The notes: generated by a model not told the origin, from the letters alone. Positions 41,927 through 51,223 are shown, counted from the first letter of the stretch. The stretch is DNA of 64,000 nucleotides from an uncultured Spirochaetota bacterium (GCA_963745235.1 CAVUXE010000003.1:32001-96000), one strand, 5' to 3'. Numbers and translations: made by a program.

Positions 41927-42685
41927 CTGAAGCAGTTTCTCTTACCAGGCTGGTACGCGGGACAGGCACGCATCTCGATCTCCGGAGAAGACCACCGGTA
42001 CCTCGCCCGCGTGCTGCGGCTGCGGGAAGGCACCGAGATCACCGCGGTGGACGCGCACGGCGCGAGGTATGTCATGAAGCTCGCGCGGATCAGCCGCTCG
42101 GGCTGCGAGGCGGAGCTGCGGCCGGCCGAGGCGCCTGCGCCGGCGTCCGGGTCCGCGGCCATCACACTCCTGCAGTGCTTGCCAAAAGGGCGGAAAATCG
42201 ATCTGATTATCCGCCAGGCGACTGAAGCCGGGGTTTCGCGGATTGTCCTCCTGGAAAGCCAAAGGTCCATAGCACGGGCAACAGAGGACGCCAACCGGAT
42301 GGCGCGCCTGGAGAAAGTTTCCCGGGAAGCGCTCCAGCAGAGCGGCAACCCGCGCCTGCCGGTCATGGATCCTCCCCGGCCCCTCGAGACGCTGCGCGGC
42401 ACGGCCGGGCAATGGGGCATGGCGCTGTTCTTCCATGAGGAGCGGCTCTCCGCAAGCACCCTTCACGAGCTGCTTGCCGAGCCAGCGGGGCGCGTGAGCA
42501 TTCTCATCGGTCCCGAAGGCGGGTTGTCGCCCATGGAGAGAGAGCTGCTGGCCGGCGCGGGGTTTCGCCCCGCCTTCCTGGGCCAAACGGTGCTGCGCGT
42601 CGAAACGGCAGCTATTTACGCCATTGCAGCGGTGCAGACGATTCTACAGGAGAGGGACGCGTGGAGATCGGCGCAGAAAAGGTGA
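41927..42685 (+). CDS. rsmE: 16S rRNA (uracil1498-N3)-methyltransferase
   Basis: HRYLARVLRL, LPKGRKIDLIIRQATEAGV, EALQQSG, IGPEGG, VLRVETA. The conserved N-terminus (KQFLL) lies upstream of the tracked start and begins at CTG 41927. Confidence 0.92.
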   Translation: MKQFLLPGWYAGQARISISGEDHRYLARVLRLREGTEITAVDAHGARYVMKLARISRSGCEAELRPAEAPAPASGSAAITLLQCLPKGRKIDLIIRQATEAGVSRIVLLESQRSIARATEDANRMARLEKVSREALQQSGNPRLPVMDPPRPLETLRGTAGQWGMALFFHEERLSASTLHELLAEPAGRVSILIGPEGGLSPMERELLAGAGFRPAFLGQTVLRVETAAIYAIAAVQTILQERDAWRSAQKR

Positions 42686-43413
42686 AGCGGATCAAGGTCC
42701 TCGATGTCCCGGTGGATGCCGTGGACCCGGACATGGCCGGCAAGGCCATCGAGGATCTGCTCGGCAATTCCCAGGCAAACCAGATCGTTTTTCTCTCCTT
42801 GCGGGGACTGCTGCGGGCACGCCGCGACGCCGAGCTCATGCGATGCCTTCGGGAAGCGGCCCTTGTCCTCCCCACGTCGCTTGCCATCGTCCGGGGAGCC
42901 GGGTTCCTCGGCACGGGGAAGCTGAGCCTTTTCAACCCTTTCGAGTTCATCATCCGCATCCTCAGCGTCGTAGAGAAATGCAAGGGATCCGTGTACCTGC
43001 TCGGCACTCACAAGAGCCTCCTGGAGACAGCTGAGGTCAATCTCCTGGGGTCCTTCCACGACATCCGGGTGGTCGGGCGCTTCTACGGATTTTTCCCCCG
43101 CGCCGTAGAAGGAGACATCGTCACCGCAATAAAGAAGTCTTCCCCCTCGCTGCTCCTGGTGGGAACGGGCGTGCCGGGGAAAGAGAAATGGCTGCTGCGG
43201 CACAAGAAGGAGCTCAACCCGGGAATCTCCCTGTGGGCGGACAACTGCTTCGAGGTCTTCGCGGGCACGCAAAAGCAGATGTCCCGGAGGCTCCATGCGA
43301 TGGGGCTGGGCGTCCTGTCCGGCATCGGCCGCAAGCCCTGGCGGCTCGCCATGATCATCCCCTACTTCTGGTACCTGATCCTGGTCCTGAGCTACAGGAT
43401 CTTCAGGCTGTAG
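42661..43413 (+). CDS. WecB/TagA/CpsF family glycosyltransferase
   Basis: VLDVPVD, SVYLLG, VVGRFYGFF, LLLVGTGVPGKEKW, KPWRL. Confidence 0.85.
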   Translation: MEIGAEKVKRIKVLDVPVDAVDPDMAGKAIEDLLGNSQANQIVFLSLRGLLRARRDAELMRCLREAALVLPTSLAIVRGAGFLGTGKLSLFNPFEFIIRILSVVEKCKGSVYLLGTHKSLLETAEVNLLGSFHDIRVVGRFYGFFPRAVEGDIVTAIKKSSPSLLLVGTGVPGKEKWLLRHKKELNPGISLWADNCFEVFAGTQKQMSRRLHAMGLGVLSGIGRKPWRLAMIIPYFWYLILVLSYRIFRL

Positions 43414-43420
43414 AGGCGGC

Positions 43421-44047
43421 ATGAGCTACGCCAGCTTCCTCAAGCTCATAGAGGTATTCGGGGTCCTGGCTTTCAGCATGACGGGGATCTTCGAGGCCCG
43501 GCGGCTGAAAATGGACATCGTCGGGACCTACTCGGTAGCCATGATAACGGCATTCGGCGGCGGCACCCTGCGGGACCTGTTCCTCCGCCGCTACCCGCTT
43601 TTCTGGATCCAGGAATGGGCGTACGGCGTCGTCATCCTGGTCCTCTCCATCATCTCCGTTGCCATCCTCCGCCAGATCAGGGACAAAAAGAGCAGGACGC
43701 TCGTGCTCGTCGTCACGGTGTTCGATGCCCTGGGGCTTGGCCTTTTCAGCGTGCTCGGCGCGGTGTACTCGCTGCAGGTCTATCCGGGCCTCTTCTTCAT
43801 AGCGGTCATCATGGGGGTCATCACGGGATGTTTCGGAGGAGTCATCCGGGACATCATTGGCAACAAGGTCCCGACGGTTTTCCAGAAGTCCCAGCTCTAT
43901 GCCACGTGCAGCCTGGCCGGCTGCGTCATGTACCTGCTTCTTGCCTCTCTCGATATCCCCGCCGCTGTTTCGATTCCCCTGGGAGTCGCCGTGACGTTCG
44001 TGGTTCGCATGCTCGCTGTGAAATACAACGTCTCGCTGCCGCTGTAG
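43421..44047 (+). CDS. TRIC/UPF0126 (YadS-like) membrane protein
   Basis: Two repeats: ITAFGGGTLRD and DALGLGLF...TGCFGGVIRD, LYA. Confidence 0.9.
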   Translation: MSYASFLKLIEVFGVLAFSMTGIFEARRLKMDIVGTYSVAMITAFGGGTLRDLFLRRYPLFWIQEWAYGVVILVLSIISVAILRQIRDKKSRTLVLVVTVFDALGLGLFSVLGAVYSLQVYPGLFFIAVIMGVITGCFGGVIRDIIGNKVPTVFQKSQLYATCSLAGCVMYLLLASLDIPAAVSIPLGVAVTFVVRMLAVKYNVSLPL

Positions 44048-44056
44048 ATTTCACCC

Positions 44057-44515
44057 TCACGAGCGTTCGAGCTCGCCGAGCCGCAGGTAATCGTAAAGTT
44101 CTTTGAGCCCTCGGTCCATTCTTCTTGCCAGAGCCCTCGCAAGGACGGCTCGAAGGGAAGGGACCAGGAGCAGGTATCCGAGCAGGTCCGTCAGGAAGCC
44201 GGGGGTGACCAGAAAAATGGCGCCTGCCAGGATCCCCAGGAGATCGACGAACTCAGGCCCCGGGTACTCCCTTCTGCGGATCTTTCCCCGCAGGCGCTCC
44301 AGGGCGTCCTGCACCTGGTTCTGGGCAACGAGCACGCCGGGGAGTCCCACGAGCACCGCAAGGACCAGCACGAGCCAGTTCCTGACCAGCGTGGTGAGAT
44401 AGATGAAGAAGACTATTTCGGCGAGCGGAACCAGGGAAAACAACAGGAGCGCAAAGATCAGCTTGAACAGAAAGTCTTTCTCGATGAGTTGGATGAACAG
44501 TCGTAGCTCTCTCAT
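44057..44515 (-). CDS. fxsA: FxsA family membrane protein
   Basis: VPLAEI...GAIFLVTPGFLTDLLGYLLLVP. Confidence 0.85.
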   Translation of the reverse strand: MRELRLFIQLIEKDFLFKLIFALLLFSLVPLAEIVFFIYLTTLVRNWLVLVLAVLVGLPGVLVAQNQVQDALERLRGKIRRREYPGPEFVDLLGILAGAIFLVTPGFLTDLLGYLLLVPSLRAVLARALARRMDRGLKELYDYLRLGELERS

Positions 44516-44565
44516 GATGCGGGGAGTGTAGCAGGACCGGGGAAGGTCTGTCAGGCCGGGGGCGG

Positions 44566-44751
44566 TCAGGCTTCTGTGTCGATCTTTGTTCCCAGGGATG
44601 CGTCTTCGACCTTCTCCTGCACCTGGGCCTTCATGATCTTCTCAGCGATGCCCATTGACTGGTCGTTCGCATTCTTCAGAATGTCCGCGAGTCCCTGGAT
44701 GGATCGAGCCAGCTCTGCAACCGAAGCCCCGTGACCAATATCTGCGATCAT
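44566..44751 (-). CDS. Small protein, YjfB-like (putative motility protein)
   Basis: 61 aa, helical, ending LGTKID; preceded by a sigma28-like promoter. Confidence 0.65.
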   Translation of the reverse strand: MIADIGHGASVAELARSIQGLADILKNANDQSMGIAEKIMKAQVQEKVEDASLGTKIDTEA

Positions 44752-44757
44752 ACGATC

Positions 44758-44785
44758 TTATCGGCAGCACACGGCATAATTTTCA
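44758..44785 (-). promoter_or_regulatory. FliA/sigma28-type promoter
   Basis: Minus strand reads TGAAA-N15-GCCGATAA; the -10 matches the sigma28 consensus exactly and lies 6 bp from ATG 44751. Confidence 0.7.
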
Positions 44786-44807
44786 CGCGGGACGCCCGTT
44801 TCCTCGT

Positions 44808-44870
44808 TTGACTGCTTTCGCAATTTGAGTTATCTTAAGCATAGGCTGTCTATGCATCGATTCTCTATGC
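44808..44870 (+). promoter_or_regulatory. Sigma70-type promoter followed by two tandem palindromic boxes
   Basis: TTGACT-17-TATCTT; GCATAGGCTGTCTATGC (44839-44855) and GCATCGATTCTCTATGC (44854-44870); AGGAG RBS. Confidence 0.55.
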
Positions 44871-44886
44871 ATAACAGGAGCTCGTA

Positions 44887-46038
44887 ATGTTCACCATTGC
44901 CGCATTTCTCGGGCGCGCGCTGCCGGCGCTCTTCATCCTCGGAACCCTGTACTTCCTTCTGCTTTCAGCCTCGAACGTTCTGTGGCTGCGGCTGAGCTCG
45001 CGGCCGCCCCGCATCAGGCGGGGCAGAATGGTCTCCGTCCTGATCCCGGCGCGGGACGAGGAGGAGAACATCGGCGCCTGCATTGATTCGCTCCTGACCC
45101 AGAGCTACACCAACTACGAGATCGTGGCTCTCGACGACCAGTCCCACGACGGCACGTGGAATATCATCGAGGGTTTCGCCCGCCGTTTCCCCGACCGCGT
45201 GCGGGGAATCCGGGGAAAGCCTCTTCCGGCGAGCGGATGGAGCGGGAAGACGCATGCCATGCAGCAGCTTGCCCGCCACGCGCGCGGGGAGTACCTGATG
45301 TTCACGGACGCGGACACGGTGCATGGCCGGGACAGCATCTCGTGGGCGGTGACGAACATTGAGGCGCACCGGGCGGACTGCATCTCCGGGTACGTTTTCC
45401 AGGAGCTCGCGACGCTGGGGGAGCTTTTCATAGTTCCCACCATCTACATAATGAGCGCGATGGTCCTCCCCCTGTGGCTCATCGGCGCCACAAGGACCCC
45501 CGGGCTTTCTTTCGCCATCGGCCAGCTCATTGTGTTCCGCCGCAGCGCCTTCGAGGCGATTGGCGGGTATGCGTCGGTCAGGGGACAGATCAGCGATGAC
45601 GTCGCCATAGCGCGGGAGCTGAAGCGGGCCGGCTTCAGACAGGTGTTCCTGGACATGCGCAGGCACGTGAGATGCCGGATGTACAGCGGCTACCGGGCGT
45701 CCTTCAACGGCATCGCCAAGAACATCTACGACTTCGCCAAGCACAGGACGCTCTTCCTCGCCGCCGCCATCACGCTCCTGGTCGGGCTCGTCGTGTTCCC
45801 CTTCGCGCTGCTCCCCGTTCTCCTGGTGACGGGAAATCCTGCAATCCAGTTCGCGTCCCTGTGCGTCGTTCTTTTCCTGGCCGCGTGGACGCTTGCCCTC
45901 TATGATCGCGGACTGCCCTGGTGGTCGCCCCTTCTCTACCCCGTCATGTTCCTTCACCTTCTCTACATGGCCTGGTGGAGCATCGCACGGGCGTTCGGCG
46001 GCCATGCGGTGGTCTGGAAGGGGCGCGCGCTGCGATGA
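44887..46038 (+). CDS. GT2 family glycosyltransferase (CrtQ/HpnB-like, membrane-anchored)
   Basis: VSVLIPARDEE, DDQSHDGT, GWSGKTHA, FTDAD, AIGGY...SDDVAIA, CRMY, WKGR. Confidence 0.9.
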   Translation: MFTIAAFLGRALPALFILGTLYFLLLSASNVLWLRLSSRPPRIRRGRMVSVLIPARDEEENIGACIDSLLTQSYTNYEIVALDDQSHDGTWNIIEGFARRFPDRVRGIRGKPLPASGWSGKTHAMQQLARHARGEYLMFTDADTVHGRDSISWAVTNIEAHRADCISGYVFQELATLGELFIVPTIYIMSAMVLPLWLIGATRTPGLSFAIGQLIVFRRSAFEAIGGYASVRGQISDDVAIARELKRAGFRQVFLDMRRHVRCRMYSGYRASFNGIAKNIYDFAKHRTLFLAAAITLLVGLVVFPFALLPVLLVTGNPAIQFASLCVVLFLAAWTLALYDRGLPWWSPLLYPVMFLHLLYMAWWSIARAFGGHAVVWKGRALR

Positions 46039-46875
46039 ATGGAAGAGAACCAAAGAAAAAACATGGCATATCGAAAAGGGAATGACATCGTGGGGTTCAC
46101 CCCCTCGTTCCTGCCCTTCCGGGCGGTGTTCCGGATGGTGATGCTGCCCGTGCACCTGGTGAACTGGCTGTTCTACCGGACGCGCGTCAGGGGGAGGGAG
46201 AACCTCGGCGGGGAGGCAGGCCCGACCCGGCCCGCGGGCGCAATCCTTGTCAGCAACCACACAATGATGATGGACCCGGCCGTGATCGCCCATGCGCTGG
46301 GCCGGCGCCGGACCTACTTCACCATGCTGGAGGAGACGGCGCTGATCCCGTACCTCGGCACCTTCGTGCGGCTGCTTGGCGCCCTCCCCATTCCCGAGGG
46401 GCCGGGCGCCCTGCTCTCAATGGAGGGCGCCGCAAACCGCGCGCTCTCCGAGATGGGCCTCATTCACTTCTTCCCCGAGGGGGAGTGCTACCGCTGGAGC
46501 CAGGACATCCAGCCCTTCAGGCCCGGAGCATTCCTCCTTGCCTGTCGCCTCGGTCTGCCCGTGATCCCCATGACCACCGTTCTGCACGAGAGGAGGTGGC
46601 GCGGACGCACCAGCGTCCGCGTCCTTGGGCGGACGGTGCCTGTCCCCCCGGTCGTGACGGTGATCATCGGCAGACCCATCATGCCCCCCGCGGCGCCGGA
46701 CCCTCACGCGCTGCGGGGCGCCGCGTTGCGCATGGGCGTCCAGGTGAGAGCGCTGATGCAGGAGAGCATTGATGCGCTGGGAGGCAGCCGCGACATCTAT
46801 CGCGGGAGGATGCCGCGGCTGGTGAAAAAGCCCGTGATGGACGGACAGCCGCTGGCGGCTCGGCGGGCGGGCTGA
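46039..46875 (+). CDS. Lysophospholipid acyltransferase (PlsC family)
   Basis: SNHTMMMD (HX4D), FFPEG, FRPGAF, LPVIP. Confidence 0.88.
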   Translation: MEENQRKNMAYRKGNDIVGFTPSFLPFRAVFRMVMLPVHLVNWLFYRTRVRGRENLGGEAGPTRPAGAILVSNHTMMMDPAVIAHALGRRRTYFTMLEETALIPYLGTFVRLLGALPIPEGPGALLSMEGAANRALSEMGLIHFFPEGECYRWSQDIQPFRPGAFLLACRLGLPVIPMTTVLHERRWRGRTSVRVLGRTVPVPPVVTVIIGRPIMPPAAPDPHALRGAALRMGVQVRALMQESIDALGGSRDIYRGRMPRLVKKPVMDGQPLAARRAG

Positions 46876-46878
46876 GGG

Positions 46879-47115
46879 TCAGTCGCTGATACCCTTCTTC
46901 GGGTCCGGCGGGTTTTCTTTCAGGTACTCGTGCTCGAAGCGAACCTGGTCAACGAGGTCCTTGATCTTCCATTCCAGGTTGGTCGGTGTCGTAATGGCAA
47001 ACGCAATCTCCCCGGGGTCGGGGGCCGCCGCCTTGACGGCGCGCATCATGGCGACTGCCTCTTCGTTGGAAAAACCGTGTATCAGGATCAGCTTCCCTTC
47101 GCGCATGCCCTCCAA
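46879..47115 (-). CDS. Small DUF3783-like protein
   Basis: LIHGFSNEE...FAITTPTNLEWKIKDL...EHEY pattern. Confidence 0.75.
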   Translation of the reverse strand: MEGMREGKLILIHGFSNEEAVAMMRAVKAAAPDPGEIAFAITTPTNLEWKIKDLVDQVRFEHEYLKENPPDPKKGISD

Positions 47116-47197
47116 CGTATACGCAAGCTGGGACCGGGGTCAAATCCTTCCCTTGAATCTTGCCGCGCCCGCGGCGCTGATATAGATTCTAACTGGT

Positions 47198-47809
47198 ATG
47201 GGTGACGCCTCGGGCCCCGCGGATGAGCCCCGCTATCTCGGGGGCTACCTCCTCATTTCAGATATCAACCTGATGGACCCGAACTTCCACCGCTCCGTTG
47301 TGCTCATGATAACGCATGATGACAACGGCGCCTTCGGGCTCGTGGTGAACAGGCCGTCGCGGTTCACCCTGGGGGAGCTTGCAGAGGGCATGGGGGAGTC
47401 GCCGGCTGCCTCCATCCCGGTCTACATCGGCGGCCCGCTGCAGCAGGAGTTCCTGTTCATCCTGCACGCCGAGTTCCCGGGAAGCACGGGAAGCGAGCAC
47501 ACGGAACGGCCGGCGGACGGGGTAGTGTTCGAGCCTGCCACGCAGTCAGTCGTTGACTACCTGAAGGATGAATGGAGCCCCCTGCCGGAAGCGGAGCGAC
47601 CGTCCGTCCGGCTCTACGCGGGGTACGCCGGGTGGGGCCCGGGACAGGTAGAGGGCGAGCTGAAGTCCGAGGCCTGGGTTGTCCTCAAGGCCACCCCGGA
47701 GATCGTCTTTCACCGCAACCCCGAGCAGGGATGGTCGGATGCCTTCGGGCAAAAAGGGCCGCTGCACCAGATCATACTCCAGACAGGTTTCAAGCCGTCC
47801 ATGAACTGA
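47198..47809 (+). CDS. YqgE/AlgH (DUF179) family protein
   Basis: DPNFHRSVVL, GAFGLVVNRP, YIGGP, GYAGWGPGQVEGE. Confidence 0.92.
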   Translation: MGDASGPADEPRYLGGYLLISDINLMDPNFHRSVVLMITHDDNGAFGLVVNRPSRFTLGELAEGMGESPAASIPVYIGGPLQQEFLFILHAEFPGSTGSEHTERPADGVVFEPATQSVVDYLKDEWSPLPEAERPSVRLYAGYAGWGPGQVEGELKSEAWVVLKATPEIVFHRNPEQGWSDAFGQKGPLHQIILQTGFKPSMN

Positions 47810-47893
47810 GTGAGCTGAGCGCGCCCTTGCGGCCGCTGCTGTTTTGACCTATACCTGTCCCGTCCGAGCGAATGAGAAAAAAGTGAGCGTCCC

Positions 47894-49024
47894 ATGGTGA
47901 AAGTATTGTTCATAGATGATGATCCCGAAGCCCATCGGACAATGAAGCACGTCCTTCCTGATCCATACCTGCTCGTCTCCGCGTGCACAGGGGAGGCCGG
48001 GCTCTCCGCGGCAGCCAGCGAAGGGCCGGACGTGGTCATCCTGGACATCAACCTGCCCGATGTTGACGGGATTGCCGTTCTCAGACGCCTGGTGAGCACG
48101 CACGCTCCACCCCCCGTCGTGATGCTGTCAGCGCTGAGTGACGCCCGGCTCATCCGGGATGCACTTCTCGGCGGCGCGGTCGACTACATCGTGAAGCCGT
48201 TTGACCTGAAGGAGCTGCTGGGCGCCTTGCGCACGGCGGTGATCAACTCTGACGCGCGTCGCCAGGCGGCCGGGGCCCTGGGAGAGACGCTCCTGGCCGG
48301 GCTGCTCGGGGAGAATCACCTGATGAAGGAAGTGAAGCAGCTCATCCTGCGCTACGCCCCGTCGGATTCTCCCGTGCTCGTGCAGGGGGAGAGTGGGACA
48401 GGGAAAGAGCTGGTGGCTCGCTCCCTGCATGAGGCATCGCGGCGACGGGAGGCTCCCTGCGTTGCCATCAACTGCGGCGCCCTCCCCGAGACGCTCCTGG
48501 AGACCGAGCTGTTCGGCTCCGAGAGAGGAGCGTTCACGGACGCAGTCACGCGGCCGGGGAGCTTCGAGCGCGCCAACGGGGGCACCCTTTTCCTGGACGA
48601 GATCGGTGACATGTCCCTTCCCGCCCAGGCGCGCCTGCTGCGGGTCATCGAGCAGAGGGAGCTCACGCGAGTAGGGGGAAGCAGGTCCATCGTCCTGGAC
48701 GTGCGCGTGGTATCCGCGACGCACCGAAACCTGCGCGCGGAGGTGGCGCGCGGTTCGTTTCGCGCGGACCTCTTCTACCGCCTGGGAGTGCTGCCCATCC
48801 GGGTGCCCGCCCTCCGCGAACGTTCAGACGACATCCCGCTCCTGGCGGCGCACTTCCTCGCGGTCCTGGGAGGGCCGAGTTCAACCCTGGACAACGGCGC
48901 GCTGGATGCGCTGTGCGCACATCCCTGGCCGGGCAACGTCCGCGAGCTTCGAAACGTCCTGGAAAGGGCTGCGCTCAACGCGGGGGGCCAGCGCATCATG
49001 GCGCGCCACATCAGCTTCGATTAG
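47894..49024 (+). CDS. Sigma54-dependent NtrC-family response regulator lacking a C-terminal HTH
   Basis: REC; GESGTGKE, ELFGSERGAFTDA, LFLDEIGD, FRADLFYRL, WPGNVRELRN; stop about 20 aa later. Confidence 0.9.
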   Translation: MVKVLFIDDDPEAHRTMKHVLPDPYLLVSACTGEAGLSAAASEGPDVVILDINLPDVDGIAVLRRLVSTHAPPPVVMLSALSDARLIRDALLGGAVDYIVKPFDLKELLGALRTAVINSDARRQAAGALGETLLAGLLGENHLMKEVKQLILRYAPSDSPVLVQGESGTGKELVARSLHEASRRREAPCVAINCGALPETLLETELFGSERGAFTDAVTRPGSFERANGGTLFLDEIGDMSLPAQARLLRVIEQRELTRVGGSRSIVLDVRVVSATHRNLRAEVARGSFRADLFYRLGVLPIRVPALRERSDDIPLLAAHFLAVLGGPSSTLDNGALDALCAHPWPGNVRELRNVLERAALNAGGQRIMARHISFD

Positions 49025-49037
49025 CGGTCTGAGGGGC

Positions 49038-49514
49038 CTATTCCACCGAGCGGACGAAGAAGCCCTGGACGACGACCCGTTTGTCTCCCATGGGCGATCT
49101 TGTCACCTCGACGGGGCGGCCGACCACGATCACGCGGGAGTTGATTGCGATGGTTCCCACAACCGGGTTTCTTGGCGGCCGTGCGGGGAAGACCTTGAAA
49201 TATTCCGGGCCGGTGAAATCGACATAGCAGGAGTAGCTCTTCACGTCCTCCGTGCCGATCCACTCTCCCGTGATGACCTCTATCCGTACGCGAAAGGACG
49301 CTTCCTTCTGATCGACAACGTCCACGTCGGAGACCGTGCCGTTGATGATGACCATCTTCCCTGACGGCAGGCTCTCACGGCCTTCCGCGACGGCGGCGAG
49401 GTCTTTCAGCGTAATGGAAAAATCGACCACTCTCTCGAAGTCCGCGCGGGAAATGGCGTGTGCGGCGGTGGTGAGGACCAGGCTCATCATGACGGCGGGC
49501 AGGATTCTTCGCAT
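49038..49514 (-). CDS. Hypothetical exported protein (possible OB-fold)
   Basis: Signal peptide ending TAAHA; beta-rich body; AAGGAG RBS. Confidence 0.7.
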   Translation of the reverse strand: MRRILPAVMMSLVLTTAAHAISRADFERVVDFSITLKDLAAVAEGRESLPSGKMVIINGTVSDVDVVDQKEASFRVRIEVITGEWIGTEDVKSYSCYVDFTGPEYFKVFPARPPRNPVVGTIAINSRVIVVGRPVEVTRSPMGDKRVVVQGFFVRSVE

Positions 49515-49535
49515 GGGAGACTCCTTGCGGCAATA

Positions 49536-50279
49536 CTATGGAGGATTGGATTCGGGGTCAATTCCTCTCTTCGTGATGAGCCCCGCGATCTTGCGGAAAA
49601 TGACGCCGATGTGCCTGGCTTCGTTCACCGAGAGCCCCGCGCGTCCCAGGATGTCCTTGAAAAAGACGGCCATCTGGTCGGGGCCGACCAGGTGGAAAAA
49701 GCCGATGCGCTTCAGCGAGCGCGTTATGACGGATACCAGCGAGTCGAGCTCCGCCACGCTCACGGGAGAGAAAGGCGTCAGGTGCCCGGAGGAACGTGCC
49801 CGGAAGATTTCGTAGCATATCACCTGCACGGCGTGGGAAAGATTCAGCGATGGGAACTCCCGCGATGCCGGTATGGTGACCGCGAGGTGACAGAGGGAGA
49901 GCTCCTCGTCGGTCAGGCCTGTCTCCTCGTTGCCGAAGAGGACCGCGATAGTTCCGGCCCCCAGGGATGCCACCCGTTCTCCGAGCTGCTCGGGGAAAAT
50001 GCTGAAATACTTGCGGTTCCTGCCCCGCCGGCGCGTGGTACCGGCGACCAGGACCGCATCCTTCACCGCGTCGGAAAGCCGGGGATAGATGGTGGCGCTG
50101 TCCAGCACGTCCGCCGCGTAGTGCGCCAGTGTGCGCGCCTGCGTCGGATCCAGGATCGCGTCCGGCACGATGCCAAGGGAGGTAATGCCCATGCACTTCA
50201 TGGCGCGGCAGGCCGCCCCGACATTCCGCGGGTCCCGCGGCCGGACAAGCACCACCCTCACATCGGTTTGACCGCTCAT
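49536..50279 (-). CDS. SPOUT RNA methyltransferase, TrmJ/LasT family
   Basis: VVLVRP..PRNVGAACRAMKCMG, AGTTRR, LFGNEETGL, SLNLSHAVQVICYE. Confidence 0.9.
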   Translation of the reverse strand: MSGQTDVRVVLVRPRDPRNVGAACRAMKCMGITSLGIVPDAILDPTQARTLAHYAADVLDSATIYPRLSDAVKDAVLVAGTTRRRGRNRKYFSIFPEQLGERVASLGAGTIAVLFGNEETGLTDEELSLCHLAVTIPASREFPSLNLSHAVQVICYEIFRARSSGHLTPFSPVSVAELDSLVSVITRSLKRIGFFHLVGPDQMAVFFKDILGRAGLSVNEARHIGVIFRKIAGLITKRGIDPESNPP

Positions 50280-50394
50280 ACGGCAACGAGAGTAGCCGAA
50301 AAGCTCCCGACGAAGGAAGTATTCGAAGAAAATCCAAGGCAATCTCAGCGCGCGAGCGCTCATGAAGCTTGCGACAGCAGCCGAAAAGCTGATT

Positions 50395-51051
50395 ATGAAG
50401 AAATGTCTTTTCCTCCTGATGACCTGCCTGTGTCTTCCCGCGGATGCCCTGGACTGGGAGCTCCCCGTCTTCACCCTCAGGTACGAGCTGGCGCATGGTG
50501 TGCGCGAAGACCCCGAGGAGGAAACCCTCCTCCCCTCGTCGCTGCGAAACACTGCATCCCTTCGGATCAAGGAGGTCGCTGACCCCGCCGTGTTCGATCT
50601 GACCGTTCGCTACTCCCTGAAGAACTACTTCCTGGCGACCGGGGACTACAGCTATCTGGAGCTGGAGCATGAGCAGAGCTGGCGAGTGAGCGATGCTTTG
50701 AAGCTGGGGTTCCTTGTGGGCGCAAAGAAGGTCGACTTTCCCGACCCCGACGCGGAGGGCTGGGTCAAGGACTACCTGTCCTTCAAGGTCGGGCCCACGG
50801 CGTCCCTGGAGATAGCCGAAGGAACGAAACTGGACGGCACGGTCAGCGCCCGCTACGACATGGCGGAGAACCAGGCCAGGTCGTTCCAGGCATACGTGCT
50901 TTCCACCGGCCTGACCACGCGGATGGACGGGTGGCAGGTTGCCGCACGCTACCGCGGGGAGTTCCGGCTTCCCTTTGACCAGGCGAGCGCCGTCGGTCGG
51001 CTCGGCTACAACACGTGCAGCCTCACCCTCCAGTGGGACCCCTCGAAATGA
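50395..51051 (+). CDS. Hypothetical exported protein, possible outer-membrane beta-barrel
   Basis: Signal peptide; many alternating amphipathic strands with aromatic residues; ends LTLQW. Confidence 0.65.
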   Translation: MKKCLFLLMTCLCLPADALDWELPVFTLRYELAHGVREDPEEETLLPSSLRNTASLRIKEVADPAVFDLTVRYSLKNYFLATGDYSYLELEHEQSWRVSDALKLGFLVGAKKVDFPDPDAEGWVKDYLSFKVGPTASLEIAEGTKLDGTVSARYDMAENQARSFQAYVLSTGLTTRMDGWQVAARYRGEFRLPFDQASAVGRLGYNTCSLTLQWDPSK

Positions 51052-51084
51052 CCGGCGCGGGTGCGGCCATAACTCCTCCTCTAT

Positions 51085-51183
51085 TTGACAAGTGTGCGGG
51101 AAAGACGATAAGATATTCAGGATCCGGTATCGTGATTGTCGTTCGACGAAACCCTTGCGGCACACATGCGCGGGGACTATACT
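51085..51183 (+). promoter_or_regulatory. Two candidate sigma70 promoters upstream of the STAS-pspA cluster
   Basis: TTGACA-18-TAAGAT (51085-51114) and TTGCGG-17-TATACT (51155-51183). Confidence 0.5.
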
Positions 51184-51223
51184 AGAATGGACCAAAGGGT
51201 ATCTTTGAAGGCAAAGGGGCGCC

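Noticed and set aside
44826-44841. Possible fourth BlaI-type operator (TGAGTTATCTTAAGCA)
   Set aside because: Only one half-site matches and the sequence is better explained as the -10 of the local promoter.
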